DNA of 27,789 nt, taken from positions 1 through 27,789 of the IMG/VR virus record IMGVR_UViG_3300042901_000537; one strand, given 5' to 3'. A model generated the notes under the pieces. It was not told the origin of the DNA, did not search any database, and saw nothing but the letters and a program-made list of their open reading frames with translations. This document shows, piece by piece, positions 1 to 8,010 of this stretch. Each line of letters starts with the position of its first letter. Position 1 is the first letter of the stretch. Source of the stretch: a virus. Its lineage: Duplodnaviria > Caudoviricetes. The position numbers were made by a program, and so were the translations under genes.

Positions 1-2030
1 GTATCAAACACTCTTGTTATATCGCTGAATGCAGAAGTTGCTGCTTCAATCATATCACCCACAGTTGGAGCAGCTGCATCTAATGTGCCCATTGTTGGCA
101 TTTTTAAATTAGGTGCTGCAGCTGGTGTTGAAGAAGGTGCTGATGCACTGGCTACAACAGGATTAGGTGATGAAGTGCCTGCTGATGATGCTAAAGAAAT
201 ATCACCAGCGTAAGAATTAACTTTACTTAATAATGATGCACCATAACCACTATTTAAGTTTAAATTGCTTCCGCCAATTGATTGAGTCACGGCTCGATTA
301 GCTTCTTCTTGTGTATTAAAAGATTTTCGTAAATTGGCATCTTTAATATACCTTGCTGCAATTCTAGCCGCAACAACTGGATCATTAGCTAAATCAGGGT
401 TGTCAACTAAAGGTAGATTTAAAGCTTTACCCATAGACGCATAGTTATTCTTACCTGTCAACTGAATAAACCCTCTTCCTCGATATTTAAACCCATCACC
501 AGGTTCCGTATTACCCATTTTTCCACCATAGACCAATTCAGCTAAACCTTGTGGATTATTCGTATATTGTTTAAGTTGTTCGTCAGATAAATTTTTCGTT
601 CTTGTTGGAAATACTTCTTTTAATCTTGCTGTTGACGTATAGTTTAAATTTTCACTAGCTGGTTTAAATCCCGATTCTTTTTTAATATTTGCTAATAATG
701 CAATTTGAGTTTTTTCATCAGTTATTCCCTCTTGAGCAAAAGCAGCCATTAAATCTGATTGTATTCCTCCTGGTTTTGGATACATTCCAAAAGCTGCGCC
801 GCCAGAACCAGTTGTTATAGGTGTTGTTGAGGATCTTGTTGGTGATGTTGTAGGAGACTGAGGCGCTGGTGTAGGAGCAGGCGTTGATGCCACTGGTGTT
901 TCAGTTTGCGTTTCACCATTTGGTTTGCTACTGCTAAATCTTCTCATCTCAGCTGCATCAATACTTCCATCAGCCTGGCTTTTTAATGCACCAGCATGTT
1001 GTATATCTTGTTGTTCTTTAACAACACGAGATTCTTTAATTTCGATAGCTCTTTTACCTGATGCTTCAGCCTCAGCAATTTTAGCTCGCAACTCATCTTT
1101 AGTTCTTATTTCACCTGAGGTAAAGTCGGATAGCTCTTCATCGGTTCTATCATCTTTTAGATAGGATTTCAACTCATCATTTATTAAAAAAGTTCTTCTT
1201 GCAGATTTTGAGGCTTGACTACCTCTGTCTTGAGCTATACGCAACTTTTGTTTTTCTTGTGTATTTGCTTCTGAGTTCTTTTTATCAAGTAAATCCATTA
1301 ACCATTTTGCAGATACTAATGCAGCTGCAATTCCCAAAAATACTGGATTTGTTAATATTGGTAATAGTGTGCGAAGTGCGCCACCCAAACCTTTCATAAT
1401 ATCTAAACCAACACCAAATATTTTTCCCAAGTTTTCTGTTGAAAATATGGTTCCTAATACTCCAGTTATAGCTGCTGCAATCGTTGTTCCCATACCCATT
1501 ATTGAACCTAAAATTCCTTTATCTTCTTTTTTAGGCGCTTGTTGTGTAGGTGAAGTGGAGGGTTTTGTTTTTTCTTTACGAAATTGAGTTTCGTAAGAGG
1601 CTTCATTCTCACTAGCCTTCTTGAAGAACATGTCAGCACCTTCTCTTGGAGTGCCACCTTGTAGTTTAACCAATTTGCCAATATTTTGCCTCATCACATT
1701 CATATCTCTGGCCATACTCGGTAGAGACATAGAATTTTTAGCAGAAATTGTAGAGCTAATTTTCACATCTCTAAATTCTGAAATTAAACCATCAACATTT
1801 CCTAAAGAAGAACTCTGTGTAGTTGAAAGTTCTTTCACTTTGTCAGCTGGGGTTGCTTTGTAAGCTTTAAATACTGAAGGCAGGGCCGCAGCTAACAAGC
1901 CCTTTTGGTCAAACATTTGCCTTGGATCAATTTTTTCCAAAGCTCTTTTACCAAAAGTTGATGCTAGGCCTCCGCCTTTTGCCTTTTCAGATTTATAGAT
2001 TTCTGCTAATCTACTTGTTTTATCTGCCAT
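1..2030 (-). CDS. Tape-measure/gp29-position tail protein with a GH19 (chitinase/lysozyme-like) domain; 3' end runs off the window
   Basis: Not in the ORF track. Manual translation from ATG at 2030 gives MADKTSRLAEIYKSEKAKGGG..., open to base 1 (>676 aa). Hydrophobic segments at about 1300-1520 (GILGSIMGMGTTIAAAITGVLGTIF; PVFLGIAAALVSAKWLM), a Pro/Thr/Ser linker at about 800-920, and GH19 motifs KESGFKPASENLNY and GDGFKYRGRGFIQLTGKNNY (about 441-500). The tape-measure call rests on position after tube initiator/gp26/gp51. Confidence 0.8.
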   Translation of the reverse strand, partial: MADKTSRLAEIYKSEKAKGGGLASTFGKRALEKIDPRQMFDQKGLLAAALPSVFKAYKATPADKVKELSTTQSSSLGNVDGLISEFRDVKISSTISAKNSMSLPSMARDMNVMRQNIGKLVKLQGGTPREGADMFFKKASENEASYETQFRKEKTKPSTSPTQQAPKKEDKGILGSIMGMGTTIAAAITGVLGTIFSTENLGKIFGVGLDIMKGLGGALRTLLPILTNPVFLGIAAALVSAKWLMDLLDKKNSEANTQEKQKLRIAQDRGSQASKSARRTFLINDELKSYLKDDRTDEELSDFTSGEIRTKDELRAKIAEAEASGKRAIEIKESRVVKEQQDIQHAGALKSQADGSIDAAEMRRFSSSKPNGETQTETPVASTPAPTPAPQSPTTSPTRSSTTPITTGSGGAAFGMYPKPGGIQSDLMAAFAQEGITDEKTQIALLANIKKESGFKPASENLNYTSTARLKEVFPTRTKNLSDEQLKQYTNNPQGLAELVYGGKMGNTEPGDGFKYRGRGFIQLTGKNNYASMGKALNLPLVDNPDLANDPVVAARIAARYIKDANLRKSFNTQEEANRAVTQSIGGSNLNLNSGYGASLLSKVNSYAGDISLASSAGTSSPNPVVASASAPSSTPAAAPNLKMPTMGTLDAAAPTVGDMIEAATSAFSDITRVFD

Positions 2031-2217
2031 TTGCAACCCTTTGTTGTTCTAATCTTTGTTTTTCTTCTTCAAGGTGCTTCATTAACATATCGATATAAAT
2101 TTGTCTTTCCCAAGGTATCATATTATCCAATTCAGTCAAACTATATTTGTGATACTGCATCAATGCAAAATTAGTTTGATAATAGTTTAATAAACTATCA
2201 TGGGAAAGACTTATACG
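2020..2217 (-). CDS. gp51-like baseplate hub assembly domain, probably expressed as a -1 frameshift extension of the gp26-like gene
   Basis: Open frame RISLSHDSLLNYYQTNFALMQYHKYSLTELDNMIPWERQIYIDMLMKHLEEEKQRLEQQRVANGR*, a motif set typical of small 'gp51' ORFs in aquatic T4-likes. The first in-frame TTG/ATG is at 2163/2160 (46 aa from the ATG), after the recognisable SH..L.NYY.TNFAL segment. The stop overlaps the start region of the next gene. Confidence 0.8.
   Translation of the reverse strand, partial: RISLSHDSLLNYYQTNFALMQYHKYSLTELDNMIPWERQIYIDMLMKHLEEEKQRLEQQRVANGR
2103..2210 (-). promoter_or_regulatory. Nested inverted repeats; candidate frameshift-stimulatory RNA structure
   Basis: Perfect 10-bp pair gtctttccca (2103-2112) / tgggaaagac (2201-2210). 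Inner pairs tcaaacta (2136-2143) / tagtttga (2172-2179) and atagttt (2182-2188) / aaactat (2192-2198). Confidence 0.6.
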
Positions 2218-2936
2218 AAAAAATTTTGAATTCCTTCTAATACAATATCTTCTTCATATTTACATTTTGCACATTTAAATTCTAATTTCTTTTCAAATTT
2301 TGGCATTGTATTAAAGAATTTTTGAATTTTTTCTAAATCATCTTGTTGCATACTATCAATAAAGTCCATTAATTCTTCTCTTGTAGCATCTTTTGAATAG
2401 TAAATTTGGTTATCATCATAAATGTAATCTATACATTTAACAATTAGTTCCATTATTCCATCAAGGTCGTTTAGATTTTTAACATTAACATCATTGACCA
2501 TTTGAAATGTTGGATACTTCATTACTAATCCAAGTTTGTCAGTAATAACAATCTTGTTTGAATGCTCTTCACTCATTTTTGGTTGCAATTCTAATATGTT
2601 CAAATCAAATTTTACAACCGAATTGCAAGGTTTATCATCTACTGTATTGTTGCAATTGTATCTCAAATTTACAACCTCACCTACAGACCTAGCTCTTAGT
2701 TGAATGAATAGATGTTCAAGGTCAAAAGTTGGTAACTCATCAATGTCCACCTTACTTAATAGGCAATTGTTTAGAATTTGTTTAATGATATCGACCGACT
2801 CTTTAATTTCACCCGATTCGGAAGCCATTAAAAATAGTTTTTGTTCTTTCACAAGAAACGGTCTAAATTTTACTATTTTGCCTGTTGAAATTAGTTTAGT
2901 CTCATAAATCGGCACATCAATTTTTGGTAAAGCCAT
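2211..2936 (-). CDS. gp26: T4 gp26-like baseplate hub assembly protein (putative tail assembly chaperone)
   Basis: MALPKIDVPIYE...VKFRPFLVKEQK, FDLEHLFIQLRARSVGE, MKYPT, C-terminal CxxC (KCAKC) and LEGIQNFF end. GAGGA Shine-Dalgarno upstream. Confidence 0.88.
   Translation of the reverse strand: MALPKIDVPIYETKLISTGKIVKFRPFLVKEQKLFLMASESGEIKESVDIIKQILNNCLLSKVDIDELPTFDLEHLFIQLRARSVGEVVNLRYNCNNTVDDKPCNSVVKFDLNILELQPKMSEEHSNKIVITDKLGLVMKYPTFQMVNDVNVKNLNDLDGIMELIVKCIDYIYDDNQIYYSKDATREELMDFIDSMQQDDLEKIQKFFNTMPKFEKKLEFKCAKCKYEEDIVLEGIQNFFV
2217..2226 (-). promoter_or_regulatory. Overlapping -1 ribosomal slippery heptamers (A AAT TTT and T TTT TTC)
   Basis: Minus strand reads CAA AAT TTT TTC GTA TAA. 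Both heptamers fit X XXY YYZ in the gp26 frame, and a -1 slip enters the gp51-like frame at CGT ATA AGT CTT TCC CAT. Confidence 0.75.
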
Positions 2937-2951
2937 ATTATATCCTCACGT

Positions 2952-3746
2952 TTAAAAAATAACTCTGGTTGCTGGTGTAATTAGTCTCTCTGAAATACTA
3001 GTACCAGCTTTGTCGAAGAATCTGGATGCTTTGTCTCCAAATAGTTGAGCTGCAGCAGCTGCAATATCATATTGACCTTGATAGACCACACGATACTTTT
3101 GATAAGCAAATTGAATCGTTAGCCTATGAAATCCTTCTTCAGACCAAGATAAAGGTTGCGATACAATTGAAATTGGAAAAGCATCAATCATTTCAATTGC
3201 ATATATTTGTTTGATGAAATCATCATACTGAATAACTTTAATGTTAGTCATGTAGCGAGTGTCTTCACCTTTTGGAAAACGCAAGTTATTGGTATCAGAT
3301 GGCATAATTGCTTCGATCCAACGGTCAAATAACTTACGCTCATAAAATTCATTTGTACACAAGAATGTTAGTGTTGTAGTTCCATCTTGGTATTGTGTTT
3401 GATATGGAACTTTAAATATTGGTCCATAAATTTTAACATCAGCAGTCACTAAAGATTTACCAGGCAATTCAGCACTCTCGCATTGTAGTGCCAAATATCT
3501 TGAAATGGCAGCATTACTGCTTTTGCCTTGAGCATCAGCTGGCTCACTTCCTAAGATTTGATTGATAGCATCAGAAACATCAGTTACAATTGTATTTGGT
3601 AAATTAATTAGTTTTTCTAATGTGGATGTTTTTATAAATTTAGCAATGTATTCTGGAATAGGAAGAATAACCTCAAATCGGTTATTTTTAGCTAGACCAT
3701 CTTTAGTTTTAATATTAGATAAAAATGATTGTGGTGTGAAAGCCAT
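2952..3746 (-). CDS. gp54-like baseplate tail-tube initiator (tail tube fold)
   Basis: GLAKNNRFEV, LQCESAELPGKSL, YGPIFKVPY, ERKLFDRW and DAFPISI...LSW...LTIQFAY are tube-family motifs. Context is consistent. Confidence 0.75.
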   Translation of the reverse strand: MAFTPQSFLSNIKTKDGLAKNNRFEVILPIPEYIAKFIKTSTLEKLINLPNTIVTDVSDAINQILGSEPADAQGKSSNAAISRYLALQCESAELPGKSLVTADVKIYGPIFKVPYQTQYQDGTTTLTFLCTNEFYERKLFDRWIEAIMPSDTNNLRFPKGEDTRYMTNIKVIQYDDFIKQIYAIEMIDAFPISIVSQPLSWSEEGFHRLTIQFAYQKYRVVYQGQYDIAAAAAQLFGDKASRFFDKAGTSISERLITPATRVIF

Positions 3747-4324
3747 TAAAATTGTTCCTCAGATTCGGCATGAACTTTACTTGCTGTTGCGCCAACAAAA
3801 CTTTCCATCGGCAGTAACGCAGCTATGTCCCATTCGTCAGCAGATATTTCCAAAAACCTTGATTGCACCTGACTAAAGAGATATCGTTTAATACAAGGCT
3901 GTGCTTCAAATATCTTTGAAGCGGAAGCCAAAGCGGCATAACTCAACCTTAACTTTGTAGTTTTATCGAATTTAGTATTATTTGCATAATCACTTAACTT
4001 ATCCAATAAAATAATTCGTTGCTTTGGGTGAATGTAGTGTAGATTCAACCCTAAAAATCCATCATTGTATTGTTCTATTGGAAGTACCAATGGGAACCGG
4101 TCGTAGTATGGCATCGAACCTTTTGTCTTGGGATCATAAAAGTAAAAATACATTTTGCCGATTATGGTCGAATCACGTAGACGGATTCTATCCTGTAGTA
4201 ACGCCTGGCGACTTGGCTTCAATTGAGTTACCTTAGATTGTAGCCATGCCCGTGCTTGGTTTGTTCTTGGAGTCAAACCTTGTTTTCTTAACGATTGATT
4301 TATTCTGTCTATTAGATACGCCAT
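3746..4324 (-). CDS. gp2: T4 gp2-like DNA end protector protein
   Basis: GKMYFYFYDPKTK..MPYYDRFPLV, GFLGLNLHY and PCIKRYL motifs; adjacent to gp4. Confidence 0.9.
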   Translation of the reverse strand: MAYLIDRINQSLRKQGLTPRTNQARAWLQSKVTQLKPSRQALLQDRIRLRDSTIIGKMYFYFYDPKTKGSMPYYDRFPLVLPIEQYNDGFLGLNLHYIHPKQRIILLDKLSDYANNTKFDKTTKLRLSYAALASASKIFEAQPCIKRYLFSQVQSRFLEISADEWDIAALLPMESFVGATASKVHAESEEQF

Positions 4325-4328
4325 ATTC

Positions 4329-4336
4329 TATTTATG
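4329..4336 (-). promoter_or_regulatory. T4-type late promoter variant CATAAATA upstream of gp2
   Basis: 7/8 match to TATAAATA in the 12-bp gp4-gp2 gap, 4 nt before the ATG. Confidence 0.6.
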
Positions 4337-4783
4337 TCAAAGACCAAGTTCTTTTTCTGTGATAACTTTAAACTGCCACCCATGTTCTCTACAGAATAAA
4401 TCGGCTGCTCTCCACTTCTCCTGATTGATAGCATAAGTAGCAGCTTCTTGAATGAATCTTTGAGTCTTACGTTTCTGTACAGGCATCCTAGTTTGAGCAT
4501 CTGGTTTGACCTCAAGTACCATAGTTTTTTCTGATCCACCCTTTTGTTTAACTTTGGCAACAAAATCAGGAAAGTACCTGTGCATTCTATTGTCCACAGG
4601 TGATTTGTAGGGTATTACCAGTTCCTCTGAAGCCCACCAAATGACATTTGGATTGTCATCAAAGTATTTCATCACTCTGAGTTCCCAACTGGAACGATAT
4701 ATGATGTTGTTTGCATTACCTTTATACTTGCTTGGATTTTTGGGTTTAAAGGTGCCTTTGTAGGTTTTGTTTAGGGTATTCAT
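4337..4783 (-). CDS. gp4: T4 gp4-like head completion nuclease (TnsA-like PD-(D/E)xK fold)
   Basis: YKGTFKPKNPSKYKG, IIYRSSWE, WASEE, HRYFPDF, EVKP, NQEKWRAA and FKVITEKEL motifs. Confidence 0.92.
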   Translation of the reverse strand: MNTLNKTYKGTFKPKNPSKYKGNANNIIYRSSWELRVMKYFDDNPNVIWWASEELVIPYKSPVDNRMHRYFPDFVAKVKQKGGSEKTMVLEVKPDAQTRMPVQKRKTQRFIQEAATYAINQEKWRAADLFCREHGWQFKVITEKELGL

Positions 4784-4790
4784 ATAAATA
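4783..4790 (+). promoter_or_regulatory. T4 late (gp55-dependent) promoter TATAAATA for the baseplate operon
   Basis: Exact consensus at the 33-bp divergent gap, followed by AGGA SD and the ATG at 4817. Confidence 0.8.
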
Positions 4791-4816
4791 TATAGTACAA
4801 TTCTTTAGGACTACGA

Positions 4817-6016
4817 ATGGCATTATTCTCATTAACGGACATAAACTTTAATCCAGGTGGAAACCGTACCAACTTATTTAAGTCCAACTTCGATCAAGAT
4901 AACCTTAGATATCCATCAGATTTAGGCGATATTGGCAAAGGACACTATATGGTGTTTTATGTGAATGTTCAAAGAAGGACACAATTTAAAGATTTTACTC
5001 CATCGACCAGAACACCAGCTACCATTAGTAACAGGACAAATGATGTTAGCAATCTTTTAAATGGTGTATATGATAGTGTGGTTGGATCAACAGCAAGAAG
5101 CGCTTCTTCAGAAGGCGACCAAGCATCACCAGCAAACTTTATAGGTGATGCTAAAAATTATTTAACAGGTGCTTTGAGTAATGGTGGTTTGTTTAGGTCT
5201 ATTGTATCCACAACTGACAGCATCGCATTATACATGCCAGATACTTTGAATTTTACATACAATCAAAATTATGACAGTCCTTCAATGTCTGCTGAATTTG
5301 GTAATGTTGGAGCTGCAGCTCAAGGCGCAGCTGCTGGCGTAGATGCTGTAAAGAATTTTATTAATTCTGGAAAACAATTCTCAATTCAAAATTTGGCACC
5401 TTTTGTTAGTTCATTAACACCTTTTGCAGCTAAAGCTGTAACACAAGGATTAGGAGCAGTAAAGTTGGGTGGGGGTGCAGGAACTTTTGCAGCTTTGACC
5501 AATTTATCTGGTGGTGTTCTTTCTGAAAATCCACAATTAGAATTAATATATTCAAGTCCAGCAATGAGAGAATTTAGGTATTCATTTATGTTTTATCCTA
5601 GAGATGAAAGAGAATCAACTCAGGTACTAAACATCATTGATAAATTTAAATTTCACCAAGCACCAGAAATTTTAGGTGGAACTTTGGGTAGATTTTTGGT
5701 TCCACCATCCGAATTTGATATTGAATTCCATTACAATGGAAAAGTAAATCCAAACCTTCCTAGAGTATCTACTTGCGTTTTAACAAGTATAGATATTGAT
5801 TATGCACCTAACGGTTTCGCAGCCTATGAATCAGGTAAAACTAACCAAGCAACAAGAGGTTCAACTGGTATGCCTGTTGGTATTCGCATGGACTTAGCAT
5901 TCAAAGAAATCGACATTATTACAAAACAATTCTTCAAAAAACCTAATAGTAGAAGTGAACCTTTTGATACTTCACAAGAGGTAAATATTAATCAACCGGC
6001 CGGCGGCGGAGTTTAA
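4817..6016 (+). CDS. gp48: gp48-like baseplate tail-tube cap
   Basis: LRYPSDL, IALYMPDTL, NPQLELIY..P..REFRYSFMFYPR, PPSEFDIEF, CVLTSIDIDYAPNG, GMPVGIRMDLAFKE. Confidence 0.88.
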   Translation: MALFSLTDINFNPGGNRTNLFKSNFDQDNLRYPSDLGDIGKGHYMVFYVNVQRRTQFKDFTPSTRTPATISNRTNDVSNLLNGVYDSVVGSTARSASSEGDQASPANFIGDAKNYLTGALSNGGLFRSIVSTTDSIALYMPDTLNFTYNQNYDSPSMSAEFGNVGAAAQGAAAGVDAVKNFINSGKQFSIQNLAPFVSSLTPFAAKAVTQGLGAVKLGGGAGTFAALTNLSGGVLSENPQLELIYSSPAMREFRYSFMFYPRDERESTQVLNIIDKFKFHQAPEILGGTLGRFLVPPSEFDIEFHYNGKVNPNLPRVSTCVLTSIDIDYAPNGFAAYESGKTNQATRGSTGMPVGIRMDLAFKEIDIITKQFFKKPNSRSEPFDTSQEVNINQPAGGGV

Positions 6017-6019
6017 TCA

Positions 6020-6667
6020 ATGGCAAAATATTTTAATTTTTTTCCAAAAGTTTTATATACTCCAAATTCCCAACTGGAATCTTTGGACGTATTGACCAAC
6101 TTAACAACAAGATTTACCTTTGAACAAAAATTTAAAGAAGATACGTCTGTTTATTACAAATATGACATTAGAGATGGAGATACGCCTGAAATATTGTCAT
6201 ATAAATTGTATGGTACTCCAGAAAAACATTGGATTATTCTTTTGATGAATGATATTGTTGACCCACTTTTTGATTGGCCATTAAAACAACAAAATGTTAT
6301 AAATTTTGTTAATAGTAAATATTCAGCAAATGCTAGTGTTGGTCAAACAGGATATGAATGGGCTGCATCAAACATCCATTCTTATTACAAAATTGAAACG
6401 CAGACCATAAATTCAAACGGTCAACAGAATATTTCAAAGTACCAAATTGATGCAAATACATATGCCGCTTTGGCATCTTCAAGCACACCATACACCTTGG
6501 CTGATGGCAATCAAATAACAATTGCTATATCTAAAGAACCAAAAACTTACTATGAATATGAAGTTGATGAGAATGAAAACAAACGAACAATTAAAATCTT
6601 AAAACCTGAAATAATTCCAGCGGTAGAAAAAGAATTTAAACGTGTCCTGAATGATACAATTAAATGA
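6020..6667 (+). CDS. gp53: gp53-like baseplate wedge subunit (LysM-like)
   Basis: YFNFFP, YDIRDGDTPEILSYKLYG...HWIILLMNDI.DP..DWP, YEYE..ENE.KR.IKILKP. Confidence 0.9.
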   Translation: MAKYFNFFPKVLYTPNSQLESLDVLTNLTTRFTFEQKFKEDTSVYYKYDIRDGDTPEILSYKLYGTPEKHWIILLMNDIVDPLFDWPLKQQNVINFVNSKYSANASVGQTGYEWAASNIHSYYKIETQTINSNGQQNISKYQIDANTYAALASSSTPYTLADGNQITIAISKEPKTYYEYEVDENENKRTIKILKPEIIPAVEKEFKRVLNDTIK

Positions 6668-8010
6668 GTGAATATAATTTAAAACAAGCAACAGACTTTG
6701 ACATACGGGAGTTAACAATTGTTACTAACCGTGGCCCATTTGACTTGCGAGGAATGTTTCAAGAGCTAAACATCTTTGATAGCGTCTTGTCTCCATGCAT
6801 GACAGGCAATCTTTTAATTGTTGACTCATTGGGTTTATCTGAAAGCTTATTGTTGGATGGAACAGAAATTCTTTTGATTGATATTGAAAAAGGTGATGGA
6901 CTAGAACCACTAAAGAAAAGATTTAGGGTGTTTAGTCAAAAGAACCGAAATCAATATAATCAAACAAGCGAAGCTTATGTGTTAATGTTTGCATCGGAAG
7001 AATTTATTCTATCTGAGCAACAGAGAGTTAGCCAGCACTATGAAGATACCTATTCCGAAATTATGTATAGTATTCTTCAAGACTATTTGAAACCTGCAAA
7101 CGGCAAATTGGGTGGAAATTTTGATGATTCTCTTGGTTTAACAAGCGTGGTTATTCCATTTTTAAAACCATTTGACGCTATCAATTGGTGTGCTAAGCGA
7201 GCAATTGGTACAAATGATAAACCTAATTTTGTATTCTTTGAAAATTTGGATGGTTTTAATATCTGTTCTTTAGATACAATTATCGAATCTGATTCTATAA
7301 TGGAATTAGTATTCTCACCTAAGAATTTAAATTACCTATCCAATACAAGCTTTGATGAAGAATTCTTCGGTGTTAGAGCTATGCAAGTCATTACACAAAA
7401 TGATTTTGTAAAGAAAACAAGAGCTGGTGTTTTTGCAGGCAGTGTTGTTGGATTTGACCCAATTACTCGTACAGTAAAGAAAACAGTTTACAACTTTAAT
7501 GATGTTTATAATGACACATCACATTCAAATCCAAATCCAATAATATCACAAGATAAAAATAAAACAGGTAAAACAAATTATGAGATGCAAAATGCTAGAC
7601 AACTCGTATATTTGGATACTTCTTCTAGGGACACCAGTGAATATTTAAATGAAAAAGATGCTGAGTCTTTGCAAGTTAAAGATGTTCCACAAAAGTATAT
7701 TTTTCAAAGACAAGCCATTTTTCAAAACTTGTTTACACAAAGAGTTAAATTAGTCTTACCTGGAAACTTTTTGGTAACCTCAGGTAAGATGATAGATTTG
7801 AATGTTCCTCGTTATGGTGTTCATGCGGCAGATGATGATAATTTTGATATGACATTAAAAGGCACTTATATGATAGCGGCTACACGCCATATTATACGAT
7901 ACACTGGTTGCGAAACTATTATTGAAGTTGTGACAGATTCTACTGAAAGAGTGAATGTTCAACCAAATACAGCCGAAAAAGAAGAAACGATGACTTGGTA
8001 TGATAACTGA
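6664..8010 (+). CDS. Probable baseplate hub protein (gp27/VgrG-N-like)
   Basis: 448 aa between gp53 and gp5. ELNIFDSVLSPCMTG, KPFDAINW, FVFFEN..GF, and a C-terminal PGN...G.YMIAATRH pattern typical of hub proteins. Confidence 0.65.
   Translation: MSEYNLKQATDFDIRELTIVTNRGPFDLRGMFQELNIFDSVLSPCMTGNLLIVDSLGLSESLLLDGTEILLIDIEKGDGLEPLKKRFRVFSQKNRNQYNQTSEAYVLMFASEEFILSEQQRVSQHYEDTYSEIMYSILQDYLKPANGKLGGNFDDSLGLTSVVIPFLKPFDAINWCAKRAIGTNDKPNFVFFENLDGFNICSLDTIIESDSIMELVFSPKNLNYLSNTSFDEEFFGVRAMQVITQNDFVKKTRAGVFAGSVVGFDPITRTVKKTVYNFNDVYNDTSHSNPNPIISQDKNKTGKTNYEMQNARQLVYLDTSSRDTSEYLNEKDAESLQVKDVPQKYIFQRQAIFQNLFTQRVKLVLPGNFLVTSGKMIDLNVPRYGVHAADDDNFDMTLKGTYMIAATRHIIRYTGCETIIEVVTDSTERVNVQPNTAEKEETMTWYDN

Noticed and set aside
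270-760. GH19 as a true chitinase or stand-alone endolysin
   Set aside because: It is embedded in a long tail-operon protein with no holin nearby, so a virion-associated muramidase is more plausible.
925-1863. Four short plus-strand ORFs in the track
   Set aside because: They are antisense shadows of the long minus-strand ORF 1-2030, which has clear GH19 motifs.
4337-4783. TnsA-like nuclease as evidence of a Tn7 transposon
   Set aside because: Motifs and position next to gp2 identify T4 gp4. No tnsB/tnsC or terminal repeats are seen.
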